64,000 nt of DNA from Bigelowiella natans CCMP2755. Lineage: Eukaryota; Protista; Cercozoa. Positions 27,162 through 40,539 of the stretch are shown piece after piece. Position 1 is the stretch's first letter. Each line of letters begins with the position of its first letter. Location: positions 1 to 64,000 of the forward strand of contig ADNK01003027.1 in NCBI GenBank assembly GCA_000320545.1, read 5' to 3'. Below the pieces are notes generated by a model. The model ran no database searches, was not told where the DNA came from, and saw only the letters and a program-made list of their open reading frames with translations. Both the position numbers and the translations under genes were made by a program.

Positions 27162-29180
27162 CACAGTTGTTGCTACTTTTTGGTAGACGTCTACAACTAC
27201 TAGTATCATCCTTCACACCTACTACTACTACCACTAGTTTGTCATCATCAGCAGCAGCAACAGTAGTATTTATGCTAGTAGCACTACTACAAACAACTGA
27301 AGAATATTGTTGTTGGGAACCATGAAGAGGAGGAGGCGAAGGACGATGACTACAGCGAAGAGATGATTCAACTCCATCGTCCTGTGAATCATCATCATCA
27401 TCTTCTTCTTCATCATCATCATCATCATCACAAAGTAACAGAGTGCTGTTGATTTTGCTGGTAATGTTGTTGGTTTTGCTCCTTTTGGTAGTGCCTAGTA
27501 CTACAGCTCCTCTCCCTGTCTTATTTTCTTGTTTCTCAACTTTTTCGTCGTTATTATCATTGCCGTTATTTGAGCAGCTGCTCTCTGGCATTCCATAGTC
27601 TTCTTCTTCTTCTTCTTCTTCTTCTTCTTCTTCCCCATAGGATAATGTTGTTGATGGTGGTGGTGGAGAAGGAGGTGATGACAACGACGTTGGAGATGAA
27701 GATGGGGAAGAAGATGATGGGGAAGAGGAGGAATGTCTTTGCTGCTCCTTCTCTGGGTAATGATTCTTCTTTGCATCTCTATTTCTGTTCTTGTTATCTA
27801 GGGTTTTTTTCCAAGATGATGATCATCACCAACTTGCTGTACATCCTCGTGGTCATCCCATTCTCTCCTTCCGCCCCTCCTTTCCCCCCTCTTCCCCTCC
27901 ACCATCAACAACCGTTGATTTGACGTGACTGCGGACCTCGAATATAGACGTTTCAATCTTGTTTTACAGTGTGCGGTTGAACGAACACCTCGGGGAGCTG
28001 GTACTACCCCCAAAGCTTTCAGATGATCTTCATGCATCTTTGCTTCAAGATCATGATACTTTTCTTTCAACTCCTCTCTAGTCATTACTCGTGTTTTTTT
28101 CAGGGTTGTTTGAGGAATTAATGACTGGCAAAAGTAGTCAGGAAACAACGAATAAGAAGAAGAAGAATTCAAGTCGTAACACCTCATAAAACTACTTTTT
28201 CCTCTATCACGAAGTAGACGATGATGACGGTGGTTATCCTGAGTATCATCACATGATGATGTGTTTGATTTGAGGAGGGTGCTGTTAGCACCAGAACAAC
28301 CCATTAGTACCAAGTTGGGGTCAGCATCATCATCGTAGTGAATACTTTCATCATTCTTTCCTTTTTCATGATAGCTGTAATGGTGATAACAAACACTGCT
28401 GTGATCAACATCCTCGGAATAGAGAATGTTATTTCTTGAATTAAGTGTTGTGTTCGACGACAACGACGATGACGACGACAACGTCATATTGTGGGACACA
28501 GTCATCGATCCAGTTGATGAAGAAGAAGAAGACAAGTGACGTGAAGAGGAGAGCCTGTTGTTGATGTTGTTATGTATGGCAGCCATTCGCAGTCTCAGAT
28601 CATTCTTTTCATGACCTAAACAATAGCAGCAGCGCCAGCAACAACTGCATTCAAATACAATATTCCTGGTAAGATATATCTCAAGAGCAGTATTCTATTA
28701 TGAGCAAAACCTACTACTACTAGTACTACTACTACCATTCGACGCTTCGTGTTGTTGCCTTTTGCATACGACGATTCAATCAATTCTACTCGCATTCTTG
28801 GAAAATAGTGTCGCATTAGCTCTCTATACTTTATCCTCAGTCTGCGTGCAAGAGATGTAATCTTGGAGCTTAGACCATTGTATTCAGCACAATTAGACAC
28901 CAACAACTGAAAGTCGGCAGCGAATATTCGTACGTCCTTATGATACACGTTGCCTTGTTTAAGTCGTTTCTGTGGTATGTATGCAGGAATAATGGGAAGA
29001 ATGTATAGCCAATATTCATGATAGTAATAATCATTTTAAGAACCAAAAGAACAAAGATGACAACGGATGAAGATTCACATCCGTTGTTTATGTGTGTGTG
29101 TGTGTGTGTGTAAAACAACAACTACTTCATAAAACTGCTCTGCTGCACTGTGTTTAATGTTCTGCTGAATCTACCACCCC

Positions 29181-29216
<36 letters not shown>

Positions 29217-29464
29217 ATACCACATACTACATACTACTACATACTAGTATTACTACTACCCTCATTGTGAGGAGGTCCACAGGATGTTCAATACGTTCAT
29301 GGTAATCTGGGGCGATTTGAGGGTCAACAGGCTCACGAAACGGCCAGGCACATGGCATTCGTCGAAGTTCCCATAATATGCGCTCAAGCCTTGACTCTGT
29401 TGTTGGCTTTTTCTTATTAACCTTAGGCTCCTATCAAAATCACCATTATCATGTATCTGGTAAA

Positions 29465-29496
<32 letters not shown>

Positions 29497-31177
29497 AATG
29501 ATGATAACTTTGTCAGTCATCATCGTATTTGTGCAGCAGAAGCAGCAACAACAAAATGTGCACACTTATGATATGATATTTCCATTTATTGTGCAGCATA
29601 CATATTACTTTCGTCTTTGGACGAAGATCGTAGTATGCAATGTGTCCCTTTATTGGCTGCTTGTGCGTCTTTGAATCCTTCAACCACAAGATCTGCAGTA
29701 ATTATCATGTCGCCCATCGCTTGATCATTTCGTTGGCCTCGGTGTTTCGTTATCTAATATATCTGGGCATACTACTCCCTACTTTGATTTCTTGCATACT
29801 TCTCCCCACTTTGATTTCTTACTAACACATGAGCTATGTAATATATATATGGACCTCCTCCTCCTCCTCCTCCTCCTCCTCCTCCTCCTCCCTAATTTTA
29901 CTTACTTATCGATGGCTGCTACTACTACTATACTGTTTCTACCTCGAAATTATAGAAATCTAGTCTGTTGAGGACTTTTACTACTATACTGTTTCTACCT
30001 CGAAATTATAGAAATCCAGTCTGTTGAGGACTTTGACGTCGTACCACATTCCGTCTGAATAGATAGCCTGCACAACTTTTCCAACGCCAAATTCGCCCTA
30101 ATCAATCAATCAATCACTCAATGAACGACGAACACAGATTGTATCATATCGCGGACTTAATTCGCCCTATTGAATGAATGACGAACACACTTTGTATCAT
30201 GTCGTGGACTTTAATTCTCCCCATTGAATGAATGACGAACACAGATTGTATCATGTCGCGGAATTCGTAAACACCGCCACCACCATTATCTCAATTTTAG
30301 ATATTCTTCCTCTTCTTCCTTGTGTTCTCATGATTGACCTTCCTTGAATCTGGTAGACCTGATGACATTGACGACGTCGAAGGTGAAGAGGAGGACATTT
30401 TCGCTGCTGCTGCTGCTGCGGCTACTACGGGTTTTTGTGCAATTTCCAATCCCATAACTGCAGCTGCGTTGGCTCGAGCTCTTTTGTTCTTTTTACGTCT
30501 TGGTCTCTTCTTTGGATGATCCTGCTGTTGTTGCTGCTGCTGTTTAGGGGTCTTAGAGTCCCTTTTCCTCCTCCTCCCCCCCCTCCTCCTAAGCGAAGCT
30601 TTAGTAATTGCAATGCCTGGACCACGATGTCGCCGTCTCTGCTGGCGCTTTTTAGATTCACCTCCGCGTACTGTGACACTTCTATGGCGTTGTTGAGGAT
30701 GCTGCTGCTGCTGCTGTTGTTGTTGTTGTTTCTTCTTCCTCGCTGATTGCTTTCCCTCCTCCCGTTGTTTCATCGTCATCATACGACTACCACTACTACC
30801 ACTACGTGTTGTTGTTCCTGCTGCTGCTGCTGCTGTGATCCCACTAACAATGGAATTCATCATTTTCTTCATGATCCAGCTACTACTACTACTACTACCA
30901 CTACTATCGTTTTCTCTTCTCTCCAGCCTTTTGTTTGAGGAACTTGCTGAAGTCTCACGCCTAGTTTGCATTTTCTTCGTCCTGGCACCTGAAGTCTCAC
31001 GCCTAGTTTGCATTTTGTTCGCCCTGGCACCTGCAGAAAAACATCACTACATTTCTGCAATTCGCCCACTAGAAGCGTCATCATTCAGACAAGCCAGTTC
31101 AGATGTGGTGAGTATGAAAAGGTTATCCTCAACTTGTTCGTCGTCACAATCACAATCATCATCATCATTATTATCAC

Positions 31178-31231
<54 letters not shown>

Positions 31232-31508
31232 GTGGTCGTCATTCGGCATTATCAAATCGACCGATCATTATCAATACATCATCCCGATTCTGCTCATCCT
31301 CCTTTTCCGTGAGATCACCGTCATTATCATTACCATCACTATTACCACTATCACCACTACTGCTTATTACCCTGTTGCACTCTTCTCCCCCCTCTCCTCT
31401 CTCCTCTCTCCCGATTGATGAATCCCTAATCTTGATCCTCCTCCTTTGATCGCTTGCTCCTTCGTCTGTCTTAAAATAGTCAGTCGTTCGATTAAATTCT
31501 ATGCACAA
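22413..31508 (-). CDS. Large low-complexity chromatin reader with one bromodomain and 3-4 Tudor/chromo-barrel-like domains
   Basis: Tudor VGKVVQAIYSDGMWYDVKVLN...|ILWLKD (30000-30095, 29610-29690). Bromodomain AWPFREPVDPQIAPDYHERIEHPVDLLTMR|KRLKQGNVY...FQLLVSNCAEYNG (29262-29430, 28830-28970). RVEMRVVVKFDNGVRYGG...IKYDDGE (26380-26540). Tudor-knot KGDRCDCRDWNGEWHPAVV...|MHFLGWSRSWDEWIE (25727-25825, 25170-25221). The 5' end is uncertain. Confidence 0.78.
30110..30262. repeat. ~53-bp intronic minisatellite, 3 diverged copies
   Basis: AATGAATGACGAACACAGATTGTATCATGTCGCGGA... repeated. Confidence 0.85.
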
Positions 31509-32274
31509 ATCAAGTCCAATTCTCTATTTCGTCATCGATCTACAAGAAAACTCACTCATGTTTCGTGGAGCAATATTAGTTACGACATTGCATCAATTCT
31601 GTTAGTTTTATTCTAGTCGCATCCTTGACTTCCCAGCTATATTCATTCATCGAGGTGATTTTCATAGTGGATGTAGTCGGTTGTCCTCCTGCGACTTATG
31701 AAATTCTTCATGCGATATGCATTTGATTAAATTTTGATTTGATGAAATCCATTTGGCAACATAAGTAATGTTATCATTACAGTCGTTGTCGCAAGCAGCG
31801 AAATCGACACGAAATGCATGGAGACAGCAGCACCAGGTGATTTATTGCCTTTTCCAACGCACAATATTGCTTTACTCAAGTATTTTGTAGGCGATTTGTT
31901 GTTTTTTTTGCCCTGATATTACTTCTTCACTGCTACTTGCTGTGCGGTGCTTGGAACACTACGAAGGAGAAGAAGAAGAAGAAGAAGAAGAGGGAGGAGA
32001 AAATGGAGGAGAGCAGGAGGGGGAGCAGCAGCAATGTAGTAACTACCATGGGAGATCTAGGACAGAAACAAAGAAGACAGACATAGTTGTTCGCGACAAA
32101 CGTTTTACAGACCACATTGAGCCAACAGCGAAGCTACTACTACAATTTGAGAAGAAGCTGCACGACGAGCTCAACTTTTGCACAAATTTCCTTCTGGCCA
32201 CATGATGACGAATCCAAACATCATTTTGGTCTTAGTTCGCCGAAGAAACTGCTAACAATCGGTCATCTAGAACA

Positions 32275-33437
32275 ATGGAACTATCACGAATAAACCCGTT
32301 GTTTATTATCATTGTTATTATCGTTGCGATAGCACATGCAGCAGCGTTGTCATCCTCCTCACAAGTAGTAGCATCACCCACTTTAAAAAGAGAATTAAGA
32401 TCTGGCGATGACAAGAAGACTACTTTCCATTTGATGGAATTAATAAGGGGTTCTGGCGAGGAGTGCAACAAGAAGAAGAGGAAGAAGAAGAGGAAGAAGA
32501 AGAAGACTTCCCATAGCGATTTACCTCCTTATCGGAACATCTTGCATATCGTGATTGACGACCTAGGTTGGCATGATGGGTCATGGAAATTATCGTTGAC
32601 ACCAAATCTGAATCGCCTAGCTCAGGATGGCGTTTCTCTGGAGCGTTTGTATGCCTCTCCCATGTGTGCCCCTTCAAGAGCATCAATGTTCACAGGAAGG
32701 CATCCCGCAGCACTTGGATACTATAGAAACCCAAGTGAAGACGCATGCTTACCATCTGATTGTGAATATTTGCCATTTCATCTTCGTAGCCTCAAAAACC
32801 CTGGCATTGTCCAGAAACATGATGATAATGATGATGATGATGTGGAAGAGGAAGAGGATCGAAAGAGCAGCTACAAAACCCACCTTGTTGGTAAATGGCA
32901 CCTCCCTTGGCATTCACCTGACGAACTACCCTCAGGACCAAAAGTTTGCTTTGATAGGTAGTAGCAGTTGTAGCAGCAGCAACAGCAGCAACAGCAGCCA
33001 CAATGACATGACTTTAGAGTGACAATGCCATTAGGTAGAAGCCTCCCCTTTTTCCATGCATGTATTTCTGTTGTCGGGTTGAGACCATTCTCCTTCCTTC
33101 CTTCCTTCCTTCCTTCCTTCCTTTCCTCCTTCTCATGCATCTAAATCAATATTGAAACATTATTGACCACATAAGATAGTTCTCCAATCGTTCTTTATAA
33201 CATGTATAATAACTGTATGTTCTTACTACTTGGTTCTGCTTCTTGTCTGGTGCTTTATTGGTTAGTTTCTTTGGATACTTGCACTGGGGAATGGATTATT
33301 TCACGCATGAGTTCCCTCCTTCTGTTCATACAGGACCTGTAACTTGTAGGGGGTACGACGTTATTTGATGTTGTGGTGGTGATTGAGTGTTAGTTGTTGC
33401 AAGTGCATTATTTCTTACTATCACTTATTCCTCCTGC

Positions 33438-33469
<32 letters not shown>

Positions 33470-34856
33470 CTTCTTCTGCTTTTAGCAGCCATTTCTTCAT
33501 CTCTGATACACATAAATACGAACATACACGCACGCACACATAACAAATGTCTAAAAAAACAATTACAATGAAATAAATAACAAACGGTGTTGCAAATTAC
33601 CTACATGTGTACTAGTTTATCATCATCATCATCATCATCATCACCTAAGAATTTATTATTATTTTCCCCTCCTCCTATCCTCTGATAATGTATGTTCAGC
33701 TACGATTTAATAAACTCTACTCGGTTTCGTCAAAGTAAGAAGGGAGATGGAGGAGGAGGAGGAGGAGGAGGAGGAGGAGGAGGAAGAAATGTTCATGAGG
33801 TTGATTCTCCGGGCGACTTATTTGATGGGATTTACGCTGATGAACTATTCGCACAAGAGGCTCTGCGTATTATCAAGACGCACAGTAGTAGCGAGAAAGA
33901 ACTGATCAAAATGAAGAAACAGCGGCAGCCGTTATACTTGTGTGTAGCATTTCAGGGTCTGCATGATCCGTATCAGGTTGTTGTAGTAGGTCATGGAAGA
34001 AGTAGCAGCAGCAGCAGCAGCAGCAGCACATGTTCGTAGTTCATTAGGAGGATCCTGATTTCATTTCATTTCATTATATTACAGTAATAATAGATGTATC
34101 AACAAACGACCTCAACAAATTGTTTCTTAGCTTTGGCACTTCACCATAGTTGACACTCTTTGACAAGATTGCGTGGTTTTGCTGCTACTATTAATGTATT
34201 ATGGTGTTTGGTTGTGGTGAGAAGGCTCCTGATAAACATTCTGGGATGCAGCACTCACGAAGTGAAGCTTTGCCTGATTTCTCCTCCACAGATGATCTGT
34301 GTAGTGGTATTACTACAAGCAGTAGCAGCGGCTTGAAGGATGGTAGTAAGGATGAGTTTGGGGGATATGATGATGATGGAGATATGATTCACAAGAAGGA
34401 GGAGCTAGAAGCTCTAACTACCAAATGCTCAAATTACTCGAAAATGGTAGTAAGTCAGGGCGCATTATGTAATATATGATAAAACGAAGAAGAAGAATAA
34501 ATTAAGGCGAAAGAATAAGACAAACAGTTCTGCGTGAATATCATACAATCATTCTTCAGGCTATTTTCCAAAAGAGACACTCCAGATGATTGCTATCATC
34601 ATCATCATCATCATCATCATCATATCTATCATGGTTATTGTCTTGCCTGTTAGACTGACAGTTCCTTCTTGCTATTCTTTTTCTTCTTTTTATTATTGTT
34701 CTTCTTCTTCTTCTTCTTCTTCTTCTTCTTCTTCTTTTCCAGCTTACAAAATTGGATGATTTGATTGGGCAGCTTGTGAATGAGATCAAGCATCAAGGGA
34801 TGTACGAGAACACAATTATCATCGTACATTCTGACAACGGCGGAGCACTTGCATGG

Positions 34857-34906
<50 letters not shown>

Positions 34907-36138
34907 AGCTGCAGTAGTAGTATACGTTCGCCACATCCTTCCTATTACTTTCTCCATATTCTCATAGTAGACAAAATTCCTACTATTATTATTTGTTGTT
35001 GTTGCTGTTCATCATAGATTATTACTCCTAGCCATTACTTCAGTTGTTGGCTTTGCGATATCCTGCTGCTGCTGCATCCATATTGTTTGTTGTTTTATTT
35101 TTATGCAGGGCCGAGGATAGCAAGCTAGGTGGAGCATCTAGTAATTACCCATTAAGAGGCGGAAAGTTTGGATTATATGAGGGAGGTGTAAGAGTGAGGG
35201 GCTTCGTCCACTCCGATCTATTACCCGAATCACAAAGAAATTCAACATGGGATGGCTTAATGCATATCTCAGATATTTTAGATACCATCGTTGGAGCAGC
35301 AACAGCAGGAGGTGTTACTATTACAGAGGGAAGAAGAAGAAGAAGAGAAAAGGAGGAGGAGGAGGAGGAGGAGGAGGAGGATACGGATGTTGTTGGAGAG
35401 GACCAATTGGAAGAGGAGGTAGCAGCCTTAACAGCAACAGATACATCAGTCGCTATGGAAGAAATGAGAAAAGGAGGAGGAGGAGGAGGAGGAGGAGGAG
35501 CGACAAGCAAAGACGGCACTACCGTTACACCTAGTAGCAGCAGCAGCAGCAACACGTTCAACATGTGGCCATATATCTTGTCAGGACTGAAATCGCCCCG
35601 TAATGAAATAGTTCTGCAGCCTCTCAATCAGTATTGGCCAAACGCCAATAATAATCGCTGCTGCTGCTGTTCTGATTCATGGCTTAACAATCCATATCAA
35701 CCCCATTGTGGTGCAGCTTACCTGCAATGGCCATACAAACTAATTGTGGGAGAACCTGGTGACCATAGAACTTCAAAGTCAGGATTAGCTGATCGATTAC
35801 TTGAATGGCAGCAGCCAGCATGTCATCAAAACGACGCTCCTATGATCATAAACATAGGGCCAAAGTTCGGAAGTCAAGAAATCCGACTTTTTGACGTCGA
35901 CAGAGATCCTGGAGAAAGTATTAATTTGGCTCACACCCCAAAAGGGAAAAGGCTCGCTATGCAGTTGGTTCAAAGATTAATCACAGAAAGTGCAAGTTTC
36001 CCTGCACCAACTGTAGGAAGTGACTTGTCGGCACCACCCAAAGAAGCATGTGAGGTGGTGAGAGAAACAGGGAACTGGCGACCTTGGGAACCTTCCAAAT
36101 TTGGAGATCATGTAGTTGTTGCGACAAGGAATGAATGA
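32275..36138 (+). CDS. Secreted/lysosomal arylsulfatase (formylglycine-dependent, ARSB/I/J-like)
   Basis: Hydrophobic N-terminal signal; NILHIVIDDLGWHD; CAPSRASMFTG (CxPxR); THLVGKWHL; PLYLCVAFQGLHDP; ENTIIIVHSDNGG; SNYPLRGGKFGLYEGGVRV; LFDVDRDPGE. Confidence 0.93.
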
Positions 36139-36449
36139 ATGAATGACATCGACGACGACGACGACGACTAAAACGAACAAAAATATGTTATCATAGATTG
36201 TAGCGAGCAGTTTGGAGAATGTACCACCTATACTTCCATGCTGGGACATATGACAAATGATCATCATCATTCATATTTTTGTCGTAGAAATCTCCAACAA
36301 ATTTTAATAATTGTTCGAACAGCGGTGGTGCAGAAATACTTAGTCAGGACGCCTTTTGAGGATGACTTGATGTGTTCTGTAAGTTCTTCTTGTTTGGGAG
36401 CTAGTCCACTTCATGTCGGCATTTACACGCACACAGCCATATTCGCATT

Positions 36450-36480
36450 GTAATATGATTCTTGCACCTTGATCGCCTAG

Positions 36481-36518
<38 letters not shown>

Positions 36519-37900
36519 TTGCATTGCTATGATTGGCAAGTGGGGATTCATCTGATGGCAATTTTGTGCTCGTTTGCACATCATGTGAGTTTGACATGGC
36601 CCACCAAGCTAGCGAGAAAGGGGCCATGAATGCTAGAATGTGCAAGTGTTCATTCGATTGTTAGGCTGATCGCCACTGCATTTGTTTGCACGGGAACATC
36701 TAGACACATGGTCATGCCAGCATGCAGCATGCCCACTAGCTAGCTAGTCCACAGTAGTAGCTAGCGGTCCTGTGAGAAGAATTTGCACATGCAGATCTTT
36801 CTGCGATTGCTGATGAAACAAAACAGGTGTTGCCGAGGAAGCTGAAGCTTCCAGGTAGGCAGTGGAACAAATGCTCTTGTTGCGCATGCAGGCGCGCTGG
36901 AAATTGATGCATGTGAAAGATGCGATTTGACAATGATGCCAGCAGCAAACAATTCAAATTTCACACATGGAGCCATTCGCTGACGCCATGCTAGCATGCA
37001 TGGATGCCAGCATCAAGATTCTTCATTTTTGCTTTGCGGGCAACCTTTTGCATTGAAAGTTTTGGGGTTCCGTTGGGGTTTCATTTGTTTTGCATGCATT
37101 TTTGCACACAACTGTGTCAATCCCGGTGACGAGTGGGTTTTGAACAAACCATGCTTTGCGCGTGCGGCCTGGCGCGCTCAATCGTTGCAATCGGACATTG
37201 GAAGCACACTGGAGCCTGTTTGAGGTTCAAATTTGATTTTTTTTTCGAATTTCAGCTCAAAAACCTCATTTTTCAACGCAGAACGCCTGCCAGCAGGCGA
37301 AAATTGGAAAATTCTTGCCACTTTCGAACACGCTAGCGCATTTGCATTTGCGTGCCATGAGTTTTGCAAGCTCATGAGGGTGTGTGCACACTAGCTTTGT
37401 GGACGTGCGAAGTTTCAGCACACGCACGCAAAAATCACTGGACCAATTGACAAATTCATGCTGTTCGTTGCACATTTGACACAGTGATTGAAAATTCACA
37501 CCATTCATCACACATTTGATGCAGTTGTGCATGTCACACACTAGCACACCTAGACACTCTAGCTACTTAGCAGTAGTGCTAGACTGTAACGTGCATGACA
37601 CAGCATCGCGAATGTCTCCAGATGTTGTGTCCATTTTGCAGCGTTGACGTGCCGAAGCAAATGTGTCTACGTTAGTACTGCGCTGTACTTGCGCACACAC
37701 GCACACACGCACACACATGATTTCACTTTTGTTGCGTAGTGTCTTGCGAAGATGCGCGATTCGCGCCAATATTCATGTATGCGCGATGGAGTGATGTCCC
37801 AATCCATGCTATGTGTCATGTGTACTAGCAGAGACTATCTAGCTATGTCTAGAGATCTGTGCATTGACATGCTATGCATGGCTTGGAGTCCCTTTGATAC
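36450..37900. mobile_element. Degenerate repeat island 4, TpA-erased
   Basis: From ~36480 to 37585 every TA I could find is in CTA or TAG; 36994-37333 contains none. No recognisable coding remnant. Confidence 0.7.
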
Positions 37901-37940
37901 GTGGTTGTGACTGTCTGATAAAAGAATCGAACTTGTTCGT

Positions 37941-39174
37941 CTACAGAAGCGAAGATGCACAGTGAGAAAACAAACTAAGTAGATGAAATGGCGAATCGCT
38001 TGATTTGCGACAGAGACTTTCTTCAAGGTAGTAGGGGTTTGTCGTCTCGATGTTGTTTCTATGTGAGCTATGATCTCTTTCATGATGATAAAATGATGAA
38101 TTATGTGCTTCAAATAAATCTACAATCGATTCATTTTTGAGAGTTGACAAGCGCCAGAGCTTGCAAGCTGAAGCAGCCACGTCGTTGTTTCCAAGCTTTC
38201 GAAACAAATATATTGGTCTTGCCTGTCCAAACGATTTGCTACTAGTCCCAGATATATTAAAAGTGCGGAACAGCTGCAAACGGGTGTGATTTCGAATCCA
38301 AGCGAGGAAATCTTTGGGACGCAGCTTTATGTTCTTGAGAGATCCAATCGTAGGAGAGGAAGTTTCTCTTTTAGTTTGCGCTTTTTGGTAGCTTTTCCAT
38401 GGTTGTGGTTCTAATGCAAGAACCCCCCCTACCGAAAGAGATCGTTCACATTTGAGGAGCAAGTCGATGATTCCCTGGTCGCCCCTACATTGGGGTATTA
38501 TTATAATAATCATTTTTATTATCATCATCATTATCTCTTTTATAAATCTTATCACAACTTATCAGGTAACAACTTGTAAATTATTATCATACCCACACCA
38601 TCATCGTTAATGCTACTTGTCGTACGTTATACGTACGATGTATTACCAATTCAGGTGGATCCACTTCGTAACGCTAAAGCAAGTGATCATGTCATAAACT
38701 CCAACCGATTCATAAGGATTATCCAACCAATTTTGGCAATGGAAATGTACTTGAAGTCGTCGCAAATTTTGAGCTTCTGCATGATGATGATGATGGTGAC
38801 GTTGAGTGCTACTTCCTTTTCCCCCTCTTGGTAGAAAATGCTCTTTTCTCAAGATGTTGTTGCTGCTGCTGCTGATTATTGGTGGTTGATATTGATTCTG
38901 ATGCCTGTGGCGAGGATGAAGATACGATGAGCGAAATAATAATGCACCAGAAGCTCTCGAAGAATCATCTTTAGCTGCCACTGCCGCTCGTATTGCATTC
39001 GAGCGTGCTTTGTAAATTAAGGTAGGGTCAATATCCACACCATGCATTACGTAGGGCTGAGCTTTTAGAGCAAGGCCTAGTGTCAGGATACCCTCCTGAC
39101 AACAACAACAACAATAATATTAATTATACCATTAGATAATAAGGGCAGCGTACGTGCGTGTGTGTCCCCGGTAG

Positions 39175-39209
<35 letters not shown>

Positions 39210-40508
39210 TGACTATTGATATCGTCAACAAAAAGTGCTTACATTGCAGCCAATGTCCAAACACCTCATTCCTTTCAATGAATTCGGTTCAAATATGTTT
39301 AGCCTTATGTCCTGCCCAATTTTTCTTCCAGATCTATACCTGATTCAAGATATTATTACATAAAGGAGGTCTCTTCTACATCATGGCTGGTCGCTGATCA
39401 TAAAGCAAACGATGCTTTCTAAAGATGATCGATATCAGACTTATGATATACAGATGAAACCTCACCATATGTACACGTACTTGCATGTATAATTTTCACG
39501 ACGGGACTATATCATCATAAGCAGCTTGTTGTATTGATCTCCAAATATAAAGAAAAATAACTAAAGGAGGCATGCTTCGAGATTTGGGAATTTTGTCCGA
39601 GAGATGCACGCAAATACTTATGATTGGATGTCTACTACTAGTACGGACATCATCACAGAATTTTAGGCAGCAGCAGTCCTGTTACACCAGCAGTAGCAGC
39701 AGTAGAGGCAGCAGCAGTACCAGTAGAAGTAGCTCTCTCTCTCTCTCTATTTATGTAACTAGTCATTATTATTATCACCCATAATAGTTCTGGTAGTTCC
39801 CAAATTTAACACTCCCCCTTCTCATCCACTGCCCTTTTCTCTTGTAGAAATCTTTAACTACTGAAGGGGGTGCTTCTTTCCCTTCCTCTCTATATCGTCC
39901 CTCGCTCCTTTCACAATTGTTGTTGTTGTTGTTGTTTTCGGTGTTGTTTCCATTGGCCACAGAGCTGTTCTTCTTCGGCACGTGAGATTCGGACAAAGAA
40001 CTCTGTTTATTATATTGTCGATGCTGTTGCTGCTGCTGCTGCTGCTGCCGCGACAAGGTGGTTTGTGGAACATGACGACGAGGAGGAGGATGGCTACACC
40101 TTTCGATTTAGTACGCAGGAGAGTGAAGAAGACGACATTATATAACGGCAACATTACTTTTTATGCTAGTTGATAATGATGAGTAGGTGATAACCTATAT
40201 TACTGCTTACAAAAGAACTACCTCCTCTAATACAATTTCTTGTTACTACTACGACAAAACCATCATCATTCATTCATATGTTGATTATTACTTGAGCAAT
40301 CGTCGACGACTCGCCTCCTCATCTCCATATGCTGGCACAATGAATTTCCTTTTGTTCAACAGAGAAGAAACCGGAACAGCAGCCGTACCCGCAGTAGTAG
40401 CAGGTATGCTCTTTTTTCTCATTATTATTTGTGTCTCGTTGTTCCCTGTCGTCGTATGGCAGTTCCTTAGCTTGCTTACTGTCGAACCAGAAAGAAGCTG
40501 CGACTGGA

Positions 40509-40539
<31 letters not shown>

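Noticed and set aside
31040-31245. Stop-codon reassignment or selenocysteine (in-frame TGA/TAG upstream of the bromodomain exons; abundant TAG runs)
   Set aside because: These stops can be placed in GT-AG introns, and genes in the window end normally in TAA, TAG and TGA.
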